NCBI RefSeq assembly: GCF_009914755.1
Contig: NC_060930.1
Direction: 5' to 3' (one strand)
DNA from: the human T2T-CHM13v2.0 reference genome, Homo sapiens
Length of the DNA stretch: 64,000 nt
The notes beneath the pieces are model-generated. The model was given only the letters and a program-made list of their open reading frames with translations. It ran no database searches and was not told where the DNA came from. Below are positions 13,580 through 27,270 of this stretch, one piece after another (position 1 is the first letter of the stretch; each line of letters opens with the position of its first letter). The translations under genes and the position numbers were made by a program.

Positions 13580-14970
13580 CTTTCATTCATTTCTCCTATT
13601 ACCACATTAGTGTTGGTCACGTTTAAATCTCTGATCCTCTGAAAAAAATGCCTAACTTGTCTCTCTGCTACCACTTTTGTGTCTTCAATACATTCACCAT
13701 TCAGCACTCAGACTTGTCTCATTAAGACACATGACATGGTGTCATTTGTCCTATGAACAGCCTTTGAAGCTTCTGATTGCTCCAGGCTCTTTTGTAAGGT
13801 CATAAGACTTTAGTAGATACTATACTGCTTATTATCTTCCCTGTGGAAAATAAGGCTCAGATTTGGGGCAGGTGTTAAGTTTAGTTGGGTGTCTCTTGAT
13901 ATCAGAGCAGGTGGTCCCTGTCTGAGGTATATAGGAATGGCCAGCACTGTCCAATAACCATAAGATGAAGTCCTGCAAAGGGCTTCTAGGGAACATTCCC
14001 TTCCCCAAACAGAAGAAGGAGAAGAAGGAAGAGTAAGAAAGAGAAGGAAGATGAGGAGACGGAGGAGAAAAGAAAAGAAAGGAGGGAGAGGAGAGGAAAA
14101 TAAGAAGAAGGAAGAAAAGGGATTGAGAGGACAGCTAAGCAAAACAGGGAAAATAAGATATCAAATAGTAAGCAAAATTCTCTTCCTGAACTACTCCCCA
14201 TGTCTCGCATTTGAAATAAATTGTGGAGATACATGGAGATATTGCAGCCATTCTGCCACCATTAGGGTAAGGTAGAGGACACTGGATAAATACCTTTTCA
14301 ATGTTGTGACATTGTTGACTTGCAGGGGGGAAAAAACTCCTCCATGACTCTGATTCCTGCCTATTTCTCCATCATGATGAATACAGCCTAGGATCATGAG
14401 ATATATTTTACTTTTATGAACATGCAAATGTCTTTCCTACCTCAGGGCCTTTGCCAAGCTTCAACATAAAATGGTACAGAGTATGCAATGAACATATTAG
14501 GTGTCAAGGTCATATTTGAATTATTCACGTATTTGTGTATTTATTGCAGTAACTTTCCATCAGTGTCTTGAGAAAGAGGCATAATTTTCTACATCTTACA
14601 AAGTACCATTTGCACTGTAGTGGCCTTCCCTGTGACAACTACGTGTTGTTCCCTCTGATGGAAGCACTTCCCCTGAAGTGTATTTGGCTCTTTCTTTCTT
14701 ATCCTTCAGTTTTCAACTGAAATAGCATTTCCTCAGATATGCAGTCCATGGGAATTCTGTTTAAAATGGCATTCTATTTTCTCACTGAGAATAGTGTTGT
14801 TTCCTGATAATCCTTATTAATATCTAAAATTATTTTGTTTATAATGGTCTCTGTCTGCTACATGTAAGAGCTGTAAGAAAAAGGACTCTATCTGTCTTTT
14901 TCACTCTTAAGTCACCAGGGCCTAGCCCAGAGTCTGAGTGGGCCCTCATATTTATTGGATAAAATGATGG
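13580..14970 (+). mobile_element. L2 LINE fragments (discontinuous)
   Basis: cctaacttgtctctctgctaccac, cctacctcagggcctttgc and a 3' end gggcctagcccagagtctg...catatttattgg. Confidence 0.6.
14008..14150 (+). repeat. GA-rich low-complexity tract
   Basis: Almost pure purine run; explains the spurious ORFs at 13810-14275. Confidence 0.85.
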
Positions 14971-15106
14971 AAGACTAAAATAAAGCAGCAAGGCAGGAAG
15001 GCAAGAAGCCAGGAAGGTAGGCAAGTAGGGAAGAGGGAAGGGATTTATTAAACCAAGGCAAACCAGTATTCTGTAATAACCAAATCTGAATTAAAATCAG
15101 GTCAGA

Positions 15107-15270
15107 AGCCAAGCGTGATGGTGTGTGCCTGTAGTCCCAGCTACTCAGGAGGCTGAGGTGAGAGGATTGCTTGAACCCAGGAGCTCGAGGCTACAGTGAG
15201 CTATGATAGCATCACTGCACTCCAGCCTGAGTGACAGACCCCACTCTAAAAAAACTAAAAATAAAAATAA
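15107..15270 (+). mobile_element. Alu right monomer (FRAM/AluJ)
   Basis: gcctgtagtcccagctactcaggaggctgaggtgagaggattgcttgaacccaggag...A-rich tail. Confidence 0.9.
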
Positions 15271-15959
15271 AGTAATAGTAATTTTTAAAAATTATGTCAG
15301 AAAATAGGATGTTCTAGTGGTTATAATTAATGTCAACCCTTTTATATACATATACAAAATACATATATATACATTTTTACCTTGTGTATGGGTAGCAATA
15401 AAAAATGTGTCTTGCTAAGTATACCATGGGACACATGAGTAGTAAGTCTGATTTTGCAGAGTAAAGAAATCCTTCAGCTATAAAAAGGAAAGTGCATTCT
15501 GGAAACATATCACTGGGAAGAAGTAAATTCAAGAAAGACTGAGAGCCACTGAGATTACTACCAAGAGTAAGTCATGCAGGGTATGCGTTGTTTAAATGTA
15601 CCAAGGAAGTTAAAAAAAAAGCAAGGGAGGCAGGGGCCAATTGGCAAGGTAAATTCTATCTGCACTTTTTCCAAGGTTCAGTGTATTATGTTTACTGGGC
15701 AATTTTAGCAATCAACAGATTCACTTTCCCTAAAGATATTTAAGTGCCATTAGCGGTGAACTGCAGGGCCTGAGTTGTATATGCATTCTTGAAATGACAA
15801 GACATATATTTTCCTTTAAAATTCCTCCTTAATTGCCAAAAGAATGGACATTAGACATCTTTACATGAGCTGATTTTGGTGGTGGATTGAATTTAAAAAA
15901 AAAAAAAAAGCCATTTTTTCAGAGAGCCCAGAAGGTTCAGTGTGATATTATCTACTCTT

Positions 15960-16450
15960 TTCCTTTAAATTTGTACCATAAAAATTGGCTTTTTCCCCTC
16001 CCTCCAGTATCTACTCTATAAACTCATTCTGTTGATCCAATTTACAAAATACATATTGAGTTCATCACTGCCACCGCCACCCTGCTGGCCCAGGCCATCA
16101 GCTCTCAGTGGAACCACTTACTGCCTTCCCTGCTCCCACTCTTGGCTGCGGCCCATTCATTCTCCACGGAGTAGCAAAAGTGCACCTGTAAATATGTCAT
16201 CCTGCAGTGTAAAGTATTTCGCAATTTTCCACTATCCTAAGAAAAGAAATAGAATATTTGCGTGAACTGGACCCTAGTCATCTCTCTAGCCTCGATTTAC
16301 ACCCTCTTCACTTCAGTCATTGATCTTTCGGTTCCAAAAAGGAAATAACTTCAACTCTGACCCCTTTGCAAAGGGGTAGAGCTCACAGCTCTGTCCAAGG
16401 AAATCATCTTCAAAAAAATTTCTTCCCCAGTCTGCAATGGCCTGATCCTT
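15960..16450 (+). mobile_element. L2 fragment
   Basis: gcccaggccatc, cattcattctccacggagtagcaaaagtg, aaatatgtcatcctgc. Confidence 0.55.
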
Positions 16451-16599
16451 TCTATGCCCTCCATGTTTATGACATATTTAAGATTCATTGAGGATTTAAA
16501 ACCACTAGTCACATGTGGTATACCTCAAAACTTCCTTTGATACAATACGTATCACTTTAGTGTCTAAACTGAAGCTTCCACTGTAGCATCTTATCTCAT

Positions 16600-16755
16600 T
16601 AATAAAGCTCTCTCTGTATCAGCTTCTTCATTTGTCAAATGCCAGTAACAGTATCTTCCCGTTAGGACTATTGTAAAGCTTAAATGAGTGTATATGTGTG
16701 TGTATATAGACACACACATCAAGCATAGTGCCTAGCTCAAAGTAAGCATTCAGTG
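16600..16755 (+). mobile_element. MIR SINE
   Basis: tcagcttcttcatttgtcaaatg...ttaaatgag...agcatagtgcctagctcaaagtaagcattca. Confidence 0.7.
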
Positions 16756-17330
16756 TGCATGTAGACCTGAGAATATAGTTGTGCCTCCATGACCTCCTTA
16801 TGCTGTTTAAACTACAGCGTGAGCTAACTTCAGCCCTTCTCTCAGCTGTGTCTGAGTGATATGTAGGCCAAGCATTCAGTGTATCTGATGGAAAGGAAGG
16901 CACATAGGCTAAAGAAGAGATAACAAATGAAGACATTTCTATAGCAGTCTGGTTAGCTGACTTTATATATTTTTTTCTATTTTGGGGATATAGAATTTCT
17001 CAAATACTTCTAAAATGGGTAGATGCTTTTTCTTTTCTCCCTGTTATGCTAATCAGCATTGGTTTTGTTTTGTCTTTTCTTTGATTAAAGTATTGTTCTT
17101 AGCCTGAAACACAGTTGCCTTTTGAGATTTATTAGTGCTAAGTTGTATATTAATTCTTATATATCAAGGAATTAATTTACCCTCACAAAATAATTGATTC
17201 ACTTTATTTGTTTTCTGTGGCTGAAATTATTTTTAAATGAGGTAGAAGAAAAAAAGTAATAAATATAATGTTATAAGAACATGAATGATTCTATTCTCAG
17301 AGCTTTTTTACATATAAAAAATAGATACTA

Positions 17331-17654
<324 letters not shown>

Positions 17655-18717
17655 TTATAAAAGCACTTACCAATCCTTTTGTATTTAATTAGAGTCCTAT
17701 ACTTAAATACATATAAAGTAATAATCACAGATAAATACTATCACTAATAAAACACTGTTCATGTTACAGATAGATCTGAATTAACAAAGGGAATTTTTTC
17801 CAGATCATCTACCTATTTCACCAAAGGTCTGGGCTTAACATACAGGTGTTCCCATCTTAATGTAGAGTTCATTTTCAGAGTCCCCACAAATAATATCACA
17901 TTAAATATCATTCTCATCTTGAAGATTCCCTGACCCTCAAACCAGATGCCAATCAGAATTTCTAAAATATTTTCTTCCTCTATTCTGGTGCTTACTTAGT
18001 TTCTGTGAATTATAATTATAAAATTATCTTGCCTTTCCCACATCCTCCACCACTACTGTAAGTCACTTAAATGCAGGAGTTTTTGTTTTCTAAGTTTTAT
18101 GTCATCCTTCACAGGGTTTTAAACTATGCACTTTAATTAGCAGATTGTCAGTAACTTTATTGGATTGTAACTTAGGAAGCCATGCATTTTTCTGTCTAGC
18201 TGCAAAGCTACATGGTTGTATAAAATCAGTCATAAAAATAATTTAGTATTCAAATTTTTGTTAAAGCTGATCCATTTGGTAAGTCAAGAAACAATGGGCA
18301 ATATTGCCTCTATTTAGAATGTTTGGTCCATCATTTGTGTCTCTTTTCTTTCAAGAGGTATCTGTACCTACCACACTCCTTTAAGATGGGATTATGGGAG
18401 ACAAAAGCAAATATCTATTGTCAATACCGCAAACTCCAAACACCACCTATGGTGTTTGACTGACATGACATATACCTTTAACAAGAGCTGTCTTACAGAG
18501 ACTACAGGAAAGAGACAGGCAGACAGACTTCAGACAGCAGCTTAAAATGACTGGCATTCTTTTGACAATTTCATTTGACTCTAGCTCACATCAGCTTATC
18601 TTCCTACTGCATATAGGTTTCTAATTTACAAGTGACAAGAATCTTAGGAAAAACGAGAAAAGGAAAGGAAACATTAGCAAAGTTTAGGGAAACACAGTAG
18701 TAGAGTTTAGCACTTCA

Positions 18718-19197
<480 letters not shown>

Positions 19198-19299
19198 TCA
19201 GTCCAGACTGTGTCAGTCCGTAACTATTCAACCAATACATACACTATCTCTGAAAGTGAGCAGATAATTGCCATATAGCTCTCGGTTTGTTCTATTCTC

Positions 19300-19750
19300 C
19301 ATCAGTAAAGAAGCATTCATCTACAAAAGGAAACAAAAGTAATGTGACCAAATCATAATTCAATAACAAGTTCTAGGTTATTTCAGCAGCTCCATAATTT
19401 CAAACTGTGGTATAGGTTCCCGAAAGAGTCTCTTAGCTTGTCCCTCATAGTCATATGACTGTACCTACAAGCAAGAAATTGCTAGGGTGGAATAAGAAAG
19501 GTACCTTCCACCCACTTTACCACTTATTGGAGAGAAAATCCTTTCCTTTCTCAGAAATCCTGAGCAGACTTCTGTTTACATCTCAATAGTTACAACTGGG
19601 TCACATGTCTATCCTTACTAGCAATAGGGAATGGAAAATCAAGTATCTGGATTATTCAGTCTCTATAGTGGGAGGAAGGTGAAAAAGTCAAGGAAAATAG
19701 AGATTGCTGAAATTGACTGATGGGAAACCACCCAGTGTTATCTGTGCTAT
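19300..19750 (-). mobile_element. Old MLT1 LTR
   Basis: cagcagctccat, cagacttctgtttacatctcaatag, ctgggtcacatg motifs of reverse MLT1K/L. Confidence 0.6.
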
Positions 19751-20340
19751 ATCCTTTTGGCCATAGTGATAATGTCAAGTACAGGGATGTACACCAAGCC
19801 AGGCCAATGAAACCTAATTCAGATATGTCAGTTGTGCTATTATATATGTTCTCTTAATTGATCTATATTCCAAAAATATTCTGATTTACTCTTCATGCCT
19901 TCATTAAAACATTATAAGGTAACCATCACCCTGAATGTGGTTCTGTCTAGTTCAACAATATCATAATTAAGAGTCATCAGTGTTTCTTCTCAAATTTATT
20001 GTAATTGTAAAATTTTATTGAATATTGAATAAATTAATAAAATATGAGGGAAAAGAAGAAAAGTTATCACCTTTTTGAAAAGTTGAATGCTTTGGGAAGA
20101 CTAGATAAAAGAAAATCCTGTAGAATTAGAAATATATGAGACACTAAAAATATGAGGGCAGAAGTAAAACATCCATAAAGTTTTTGTGGTCTGTTGATTT
20201 CACAAGTTTGTGCATCATTTTACACTAAATCATAGATGTTTCATTATAAGATTAATACAAGAATAAATGTATTATCTCAAATTAGAAAAAGAAAACTGGA
20301 TTCAGTTCTACCTTAACCAGATATAAGCAAATAAATAAAC

Positions 20341-20810
20341 TATATAATTTTCTTATTGTTGCTGTAAAAATTACCACAATTTAGTGGCTTAAAACAACAC
20401 ACATTTATTACTTCATAATTCTAAAGTTCAGGGGCTAAAATCAAGATGTCTACAAGACTGTTTTCCTTTTTAGAGTCTTCAGGGGAGAGACTCTTTCTTT
20501 CCTTTTTCAGCTTCTAAAGACCATCTACATCCTTTGGCTTATAGCCCCTTCCTCTCATCTTTCAACCTCTTGCTTCCATCACATTTTCTATTTCTGACAC
20601 TGATCCTACCTAAGAATCATTGTGATACTTTTAAGAATTGTTGTGATTAAGAATCACTGTGATTAGATGAGGAGTCTAATCTCCTCATTTCAAAGTCCTT
20701 TACTTAACTATGTTTGCAAAGTCCCTTCTACCACATAAGGTAACATATTCACAGATTCTGGGGATGACGGCATAGACAATTTTAGGAGGGGCGTTATTCA
20801 GCCTACCACA
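20341..20810 (-). mobile_element. MLT1D-like solo LTR
   Basis: ttgctgtaaaaattaccacaatttagtggcttaaaacaacacacatttatt...aaggtaacatattcacagattctggggat...ttattcagcctaccaca. Confidence 0.85.
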
Positions 20811-22054
20811 CTCCCTTCATTGTTTATTCCATCAAATTTTCCATCTCTTTCAACCAAAGGATTCCTGAAGAATACAACAAGTGAGTTGGGAGACATCAGA
20901 ATTAGGATTGCAGAAAATATCATAAGGAATAGGAAAAGAAGAAAAGCACACCTAAGAAATTGATAATACCAAGGTAGAATCTGTTTTTAAAATCATAGGA
21001 GCATAGAATAAAATATAGAAGGACAAATGCCACCTCATAAGATCCCTATCAGAAGCTGGAGGCAATATGTAAATGAAGAGATAAAGAGGGGGAGAGATAT
21101 TTCCTTAGAGTTAGTAATTACATTGAAGTCAAGAAAGGTCCTGTCTTTAAAAGTCAAAATGCATTTTGGAATGTCATTCTATAGCTAAGTCATAACCAAA
21201 GTGTAATTTTGTAAAAAGGGGCTCTATCACTTATGCGATCACTTGTGGGACCACAGCCCTTCATACAAAGTGGGAAGTGTGCCTCCATGACAGTCTATAA
21301 CCATACAGCCTAAAACAGAGAGATATGTTTAAATTTCTTCATGCTGACTCCCATACCACTTGCAAATCCACAAATAAACAATAAAAAGACCTATCTGAGG
21401 GGAGAGGGAAAATTGTCTTTAAATTTTCTTGTTAATGGGATCACTCCAATTAAAACCAGTAACAACAACAACAACATACAAGTTAATTCTATATTAACTT
21501 ATGAATAACATCATCTGCTGCCTGTTCATCCAGTGACACCATGCCCCAGGCATCATGGTAGGTGCCAAAACACAACAGTAAATAAGAATGTTGGACATTC
21601 TGCTTTTACAGAGCTTAAGCTCTAGTGTAGAAAGAAACAATAAAAGCAGAAAAATAATGATAATTGCGGGTCATTTTTTAACTTTGTACACTTGCTCCTT
21701 AATCTTGGTCACCTCATTCATTCTTATAAATTCCAGTGTTAGTATAGTGGTCAAATATATATCTGTTTTTCCAATGTATCTCTTTCCTGAACTTGACATT
21801 GCTGATTCCAGCTGTGTGCTGGATCAATACATAAGCATGTGCATATTCTGCCATTATCATAGCTGTCCAAAACTGATTCAATCATTTCCCTAGTTAAACC
21901 TTTCTTATAAGTCTTTATGTGTTTAAGTTTATTGCCATTAACTCTTTTTAAGCTGTTCCTTTATCTAAGACTATATTAAGCAATAATTTTTCAGACGTGT
22001 GCTATTCCCCATAAGGAATAACTAGGTGGTTTCTTTTTTTTTTCATGGATTGTT

Positions 22055-22085
22055 ACACACACACACACACGCACACACTCACACC
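22055..22085 (+). repeat. (CA)n microsatellite, interrupted
   Basis: acacacacacacacacgcacacactcacac. Confidence 0.85.
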
Positions 22086-22919
22086 ACATTTTCCTTCAAC
22101 ATTTATTTTCATCTTCTCTTTGACATCAGATCTGGGAAACTCAACCTCATATTTTAATTTGAAAGAACTGAAAAGAAAGGAAGAACAAATGAAAGTCAAA
22201 TAAGATGTTTGAATGCATACGTTTTTTGATCCATTTTATTATTGATTTCGTAGGTTGTTAATCTACAATCTTGAACTTAGCAAGCATAGTATTACCAGGC
22301 AAGAGAGTTGGCATATCTTCCATTTCTGGTTCAGATGCTAGCTTGCAATAGTTTTTGGAAATCCACAGAGGTTGGTTTGGAGAGAAACTGTGAGACAGGT
22401 AATCACAAAAAAGATATTCTAATGTTTAGTTATATTACAGTGTAGCAAGGGCTCCTAGGGAATATGGCACAAGCCCCATTGGTTGATTCATTCTAACAGG
22501 GTTGAAGGAAGCAGAGAAAACAATTATCAGAGGAAGTCTCACACTGGAAATTCTTGAAATATCCTTATATATGTGTTTCCTAAGTTTTTTTTTTTTGAAT
22601 AATTCACCTGTATTTTACTTTCTTTCCTCTTTTCTTTTTTAGTTTTAAATTTCATATTCACCAGCATCTAAGATTTATTTTATTTTCACTGTGAGTACTG
22701 AGATATAGGAAACAGATATTCAGAAAATGCTAGTAAAAAAATTCAGGTTAAGTTCCTTAATTCCCCCTGTTTACTTGCTAGGTGCAAATAGATGGCATGT
22801 ATATACTAGGCCTTGCTTTTAGACCATCACAAGCCAGAAAGTTGCCATGGCAACTTCAGCCACTGATAACCTCCATGAGAAATGAATTCCCAATAGGTGT
22901 GGAGTTCTTGGCAGTCTAC

Positions 22920-23118
22920 GCAGCACTTTCAAACCATAAATTCACTCATTATTATTATAATCATGTAATTAAGTAGGGCTGTTAATACTATTCTTATTTT
23001 CAGGTGACGAAACTTCAGCTTTAAGAGGTTAAAAGACTTGTCCAGAGTCATGTTAACAGGTAAGTGGCAGACTTAGAACTCAAAGGCACACTTTCTGATC
23101 CTGAGTCATACATTTTCC
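22920..23118 (-). mobile_element. MIR SINE
   Basis: attttcaggtgacgaaact...gaggttaaaagacttgtccagagtca...taagtggcaga. Confidence 0.75.
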
Positions 23119-23553
23119 AGAGTCAGCCTAATTATTGAAAATAAGATCTATATTTGCACTAGACAATTTTAAAATGTAGAACTTTTGGAATAATCTGCCT
23201 AAGTAGTCTCTTATTGTTTTAAGGTAAACTTACAGTGTAGACCTTGTGGGTTTGGAGGTACAAGTCTTCCCTCAATAGCTTTGATTTTAGCAACTAGCCA
23301 TGATGGCCACGTTAACAGGTAGCCCTTTAAGATCCAGTGTTCTAAACCATTCACGCTTTGTCAAATACTCTGACCCAATTTCCGAGCTGGGGCTTTGTCT
23401 GAAGGGAAGAAAATACAACTTATCCTTCAAGATAAGGGCATGAAAAAGTGAAATATTACAAGAAGCATAAACATGTAAGAGCAAATAAATGTTCCATGTA
23501 TGAACTAAGAATCATGATACATGAAATCAAACAATGAAGCAATACCTATAAAT

Positions 23554-23759
23554 CAGTTCTTAACTGGGGATCAATTTTGTCCACCAGGGATCACACGGCA
23601 ATGTTTACAGACATTTTAGTTGTTACAGAGTAGGGATGTTACTAGCATCGGGTGGGTAGAGGCCAGGGATACTATAAAATATCCCACAATACACAGGATA
23701 GCTTCCACAAGGAAATATTTGAACCAAAATATCTATAGTTAACCTGTTGAGAAATCCTG
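23554..23759 (+). mobile_element. MER20 hAT-Charlie DNA transposon
   Basis: cagttcttaactgggg...gggtagaggccagggat...ttgagaaatcctg; exact 8-bp TSD ctataaat at 23546 and 23760. Confidence 0.9.
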
Positions 23760-26574
23760 CTATAAATAATGCAAATAATTTTATTTTTAAACATTTACTT
23801 ACCTTACAAAAGTACTTTCTGCACTTGATTTGTCTAATGTTTTTGATTTATTTTTTTTTTCCTTTTTGAAGGAACTATTAAGTATTACCTGGCCCTCATA
23901 AAAAATTAGAAAATACAAATAAGCATACAGAAAAAAATACCAAGTCACTTTGTAACAAATTATATTAATATCTTCTTATTAGATATTTAGATTGAATTCA
24001 TTTTTTCTAGCTATTATGAATAATATTGTCATGAATATCCTTGTGCATTAATTCTCGTACAAATATCTGATAATTTTGTAATATCCTATAAATAAAATGT
24101 TCAGGTCAAGAGAAATATACTATTGTACTTGATATACTTTGCTAAATTTCACAATGTAATTAACACTAATTAACTAACTCATAAGAAGTGTCCATTGTAA
24201 ACATATTGAATGGCCTGTATGATATGTTGAAAATCATTCCTTTAACTTTCGTGAAAAATAAAAGATTTCATGATACTTAAGTGTATATTTAGATGAATGG
24301 TCTAAATCTGTGATCTCAGGGAAGATCATAGTCTTTCATTTGTGTAGGTAAATAAAGAGATTGCCAAATTACTGTAATCCCAAACCATAGTATATCAAGT
24401 CCATAAAGTAGGAGGGCTGACTTCCATATATAAGTCCATTTAGGTCATTTTATAAAAGGAGAAACACATGAGATCAGAAATTGAATAGAAACAGAAATTG
24501 AATAGATGAATGTAAGTCTCTAAAACCCCTCAAAAATATTGGAAACTGTGATGATTTTCTTATTGTTTGTAGGATGGGATTATGAGACATTTTTTCTAAA
24601 TTTTAAAAGGCAATTGTTTTCTTATAATACTGGAAGATTTGAGAACACCCAGACCACTAACATCAGGGTTACATATTACAAAACATTCGAAGAGAAAAAA
24701 AAGAATCCAAGGAAAATGTCAAGGCATGTGTGTTACTTTTTGTTTTCCCAAGCCAGAGGGAAAATGCCACTGTGACAGCAAACAAAAATATATTTCAGTT
24801 GTTTTCCCATTTGATGCCTTTTTTTGTCGAATATTAGAAAGATATTTATAAAATGCAATTTAATGCATTTGCTAAAAAATTAACACAGAGATGGATTTTC
24901 GGCTAATTAACCTACTCTTCATAAAAAAGCAGTAGGGAAATGCTTGCTAATGTTTAAGCCATAAGATACACAAAAATGCAGGCAATATTTCATCGTGACA
25001 CCCAGGAGACCCATGTGTGACACAATATAGAGTCTGTGTGTATCTCACTCTCCACAGGAACTAATTTTGAAGCACCAGAATGCTGTGAATTGGCTGTAAA
25101 ACAATGTTGAAGAAACTCAACATAGAACAGAAGGCACACTTTCCTTAGGAAGAATGCTGATAAAATTTTAATGAACTAACATGTTGTCATGGGGATTTGT
25201 TGCTATTCATTAATTCATTGTGCTGTTCCTCTATAGTTTTGCTGAAGTTGACTGACAAATTGTCAAGTCGCGGTTCTGGTGGTTTACACTACCTCATTGA
25301 TAGCCTAAATTTAGGGGGTAAATTCTTCTAGAGACTTACCCCATTGCATTTGGGGTAACACATTTTTCGCACTATGTGTGCTCAATTGTATTTCAAATGA
25401 AACTCCATCTCTAGAGTAGGCCTTTGACTCTGCAAAACAGTGGAAATAATCACAGAATGATTGACAGCTCTGGTCACAGATGGGGACTACCATAGAAGCC
25501 AGGGCTGGGGAAGGCTCTACCATAAATAGTCAACTGGCCTCCTATGAATTAGGATAAAATTCTCAGTGGAAAAGAGTAATTTAATCATAAAAATCATAGA
25601 ATGCCAGAAGCTTGCAGGGACCTCAAAATCTGTCTAACTCTTTCGTTTTGCAAATAAGAAAATGGATGACACCCAGAGAGGTGAAGATTTATAAAGGATA
25701 TGAGTGGCAAAACAAGGATCAGAAACTCAGTATATTGGCTTATTTTCTTGTCATTATGCCTCCCTGGATTTCTTCTCTTGTTCTTTTCACTTCTAACGGA
25801 TTTCATACTTTCCCCCTGAAATTAGCCCTAATCACAGAATAACATGAAACAATATCCCTGGGGTTTAGGAACATAGCCATGGTTGGCCAATCATAAGCTC
25901 GCATGTTATCTTTTAAATGCACACGAATTTTATGCTATAAATGATCCATGTTTGTATTAATAGAATTTTTCCAAATCTTTGAGTAAAATGATGCTCTAGG
26001 AAAATTTAGCAAACTTGCCCAATACTTTATATACCTCCAGGCACTGCTGCATACCCAGATTGTGATAAGCAAATAAAGATCACTGGCAAAAAGCACAATC
26101 AGAGCAAGAAATATGAGGGATCCCCCTATCATAGTGATCATTAAACAATATTGATGGGGCTTGATACCTACTTCTGTGCCTTGATGGGGGCCAGCTGAAA
26201 GGAAAAGCATAGGTTGTTCTGCTCTGTGGTGGCTATGGCATTGAGAAGCAGCCAGAGGTGAAAAGTCCCACAACCTGGCACAAAATATTCATGTCGTATT
26301 TGCAGAGACAGCCAAAGATCAGTGGATAGAAGGTTTGATTGTTGTTGTTGTTTTCTTTTTTTCCTTTTTAAATCCTATTCTCCCTACTGCCAAACGTTTG
26401 AGGATATTAGTTTCAAATCAACTTATTGATTGCCCACTTTTGCAGAACACTGAGAGGATTCTAATTTATAATATGCAAATACTCTAAATGCCCAAAGCAA
26501 GGTGCTAAACAGTAAACCAACAAAAAATCCTTTCTCATTATTAAACTCCAACAGCTTCATTTTACATCCTAAAT

Positions 26575-26735
26575 CATTGCTACTCAAAAGCATGGCCATT
26601 GCATCATAAGTATCACCTCGGATCTGCTAGAAACATGGAATTTCAAGTCCCACCTCAGACTTAGCAAATCAGAATCTGCCTTTTAATAAGATCCCCAGAT
26701 GATACATATGCACATGAAAGTTTGAGAAGCTTTGG
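26575..26735. mobile_element. MER5A hAT-Charlie element
   Basis: gctactcaaa...aatcagaatctgccttttaataagatccccagatgat...aagtttgagaagc. Confidence 0.85.
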
Positions 26736-27029
26736 GCTACCTTACATAATACCAACATAGTATCCTAACATTTATGCTAATAACACACATAACACAACCC
26801 AAATAGAGATACTTACTGGTACTTTACCTTTATGTTGTTCCCAACAGGCAAGAATAATTACTGGTAAATTTAACTGTGCTTTTTTTAAAAAAAAAAAAAA
26901 GAACCTTTTTATTGATATATCTAAAAGCTTGTTTAACTATGTACATAATGAAAACAATTGCTATCCTTCCTCCCAAGAAATGCAAAGCTTGTAAAATCTC
27001 AATACATTTTTATTTACTAATGGCTATAT

Positions 27030-27270
27030 CCAAATAATAGCAACAGCAAAATTCACTGGGGGTTCTGTAATGGGCCAGGCACTGTACTGTATAGATTGTG
27101 CACACTATTCAATTGAGCATTCTCCACAACCCAAACATGTGGACAATAATATCACCTTCGTTTTACAGAAAGATAAATTAAAGCATATAAGTAGTCTGTC
27201 TAGGAACTAACAGTTAGTATGAAGTAAAAGTGAGATCAGAACCCACAAAAATGGGACCTGTCACCCACCA
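27030..27270 (-). mobile_element. MIR SINE
   Basis: gccaggcactgtact...ctccacaaccc...ttttacagaaagataaattaaagc. Confidence 0.65.

Noticed and set aside
18437-18458. 9-bp stem caaacacca/tggtgtttg
   Set aside because: Short enough to occur by chance in 64 kb.
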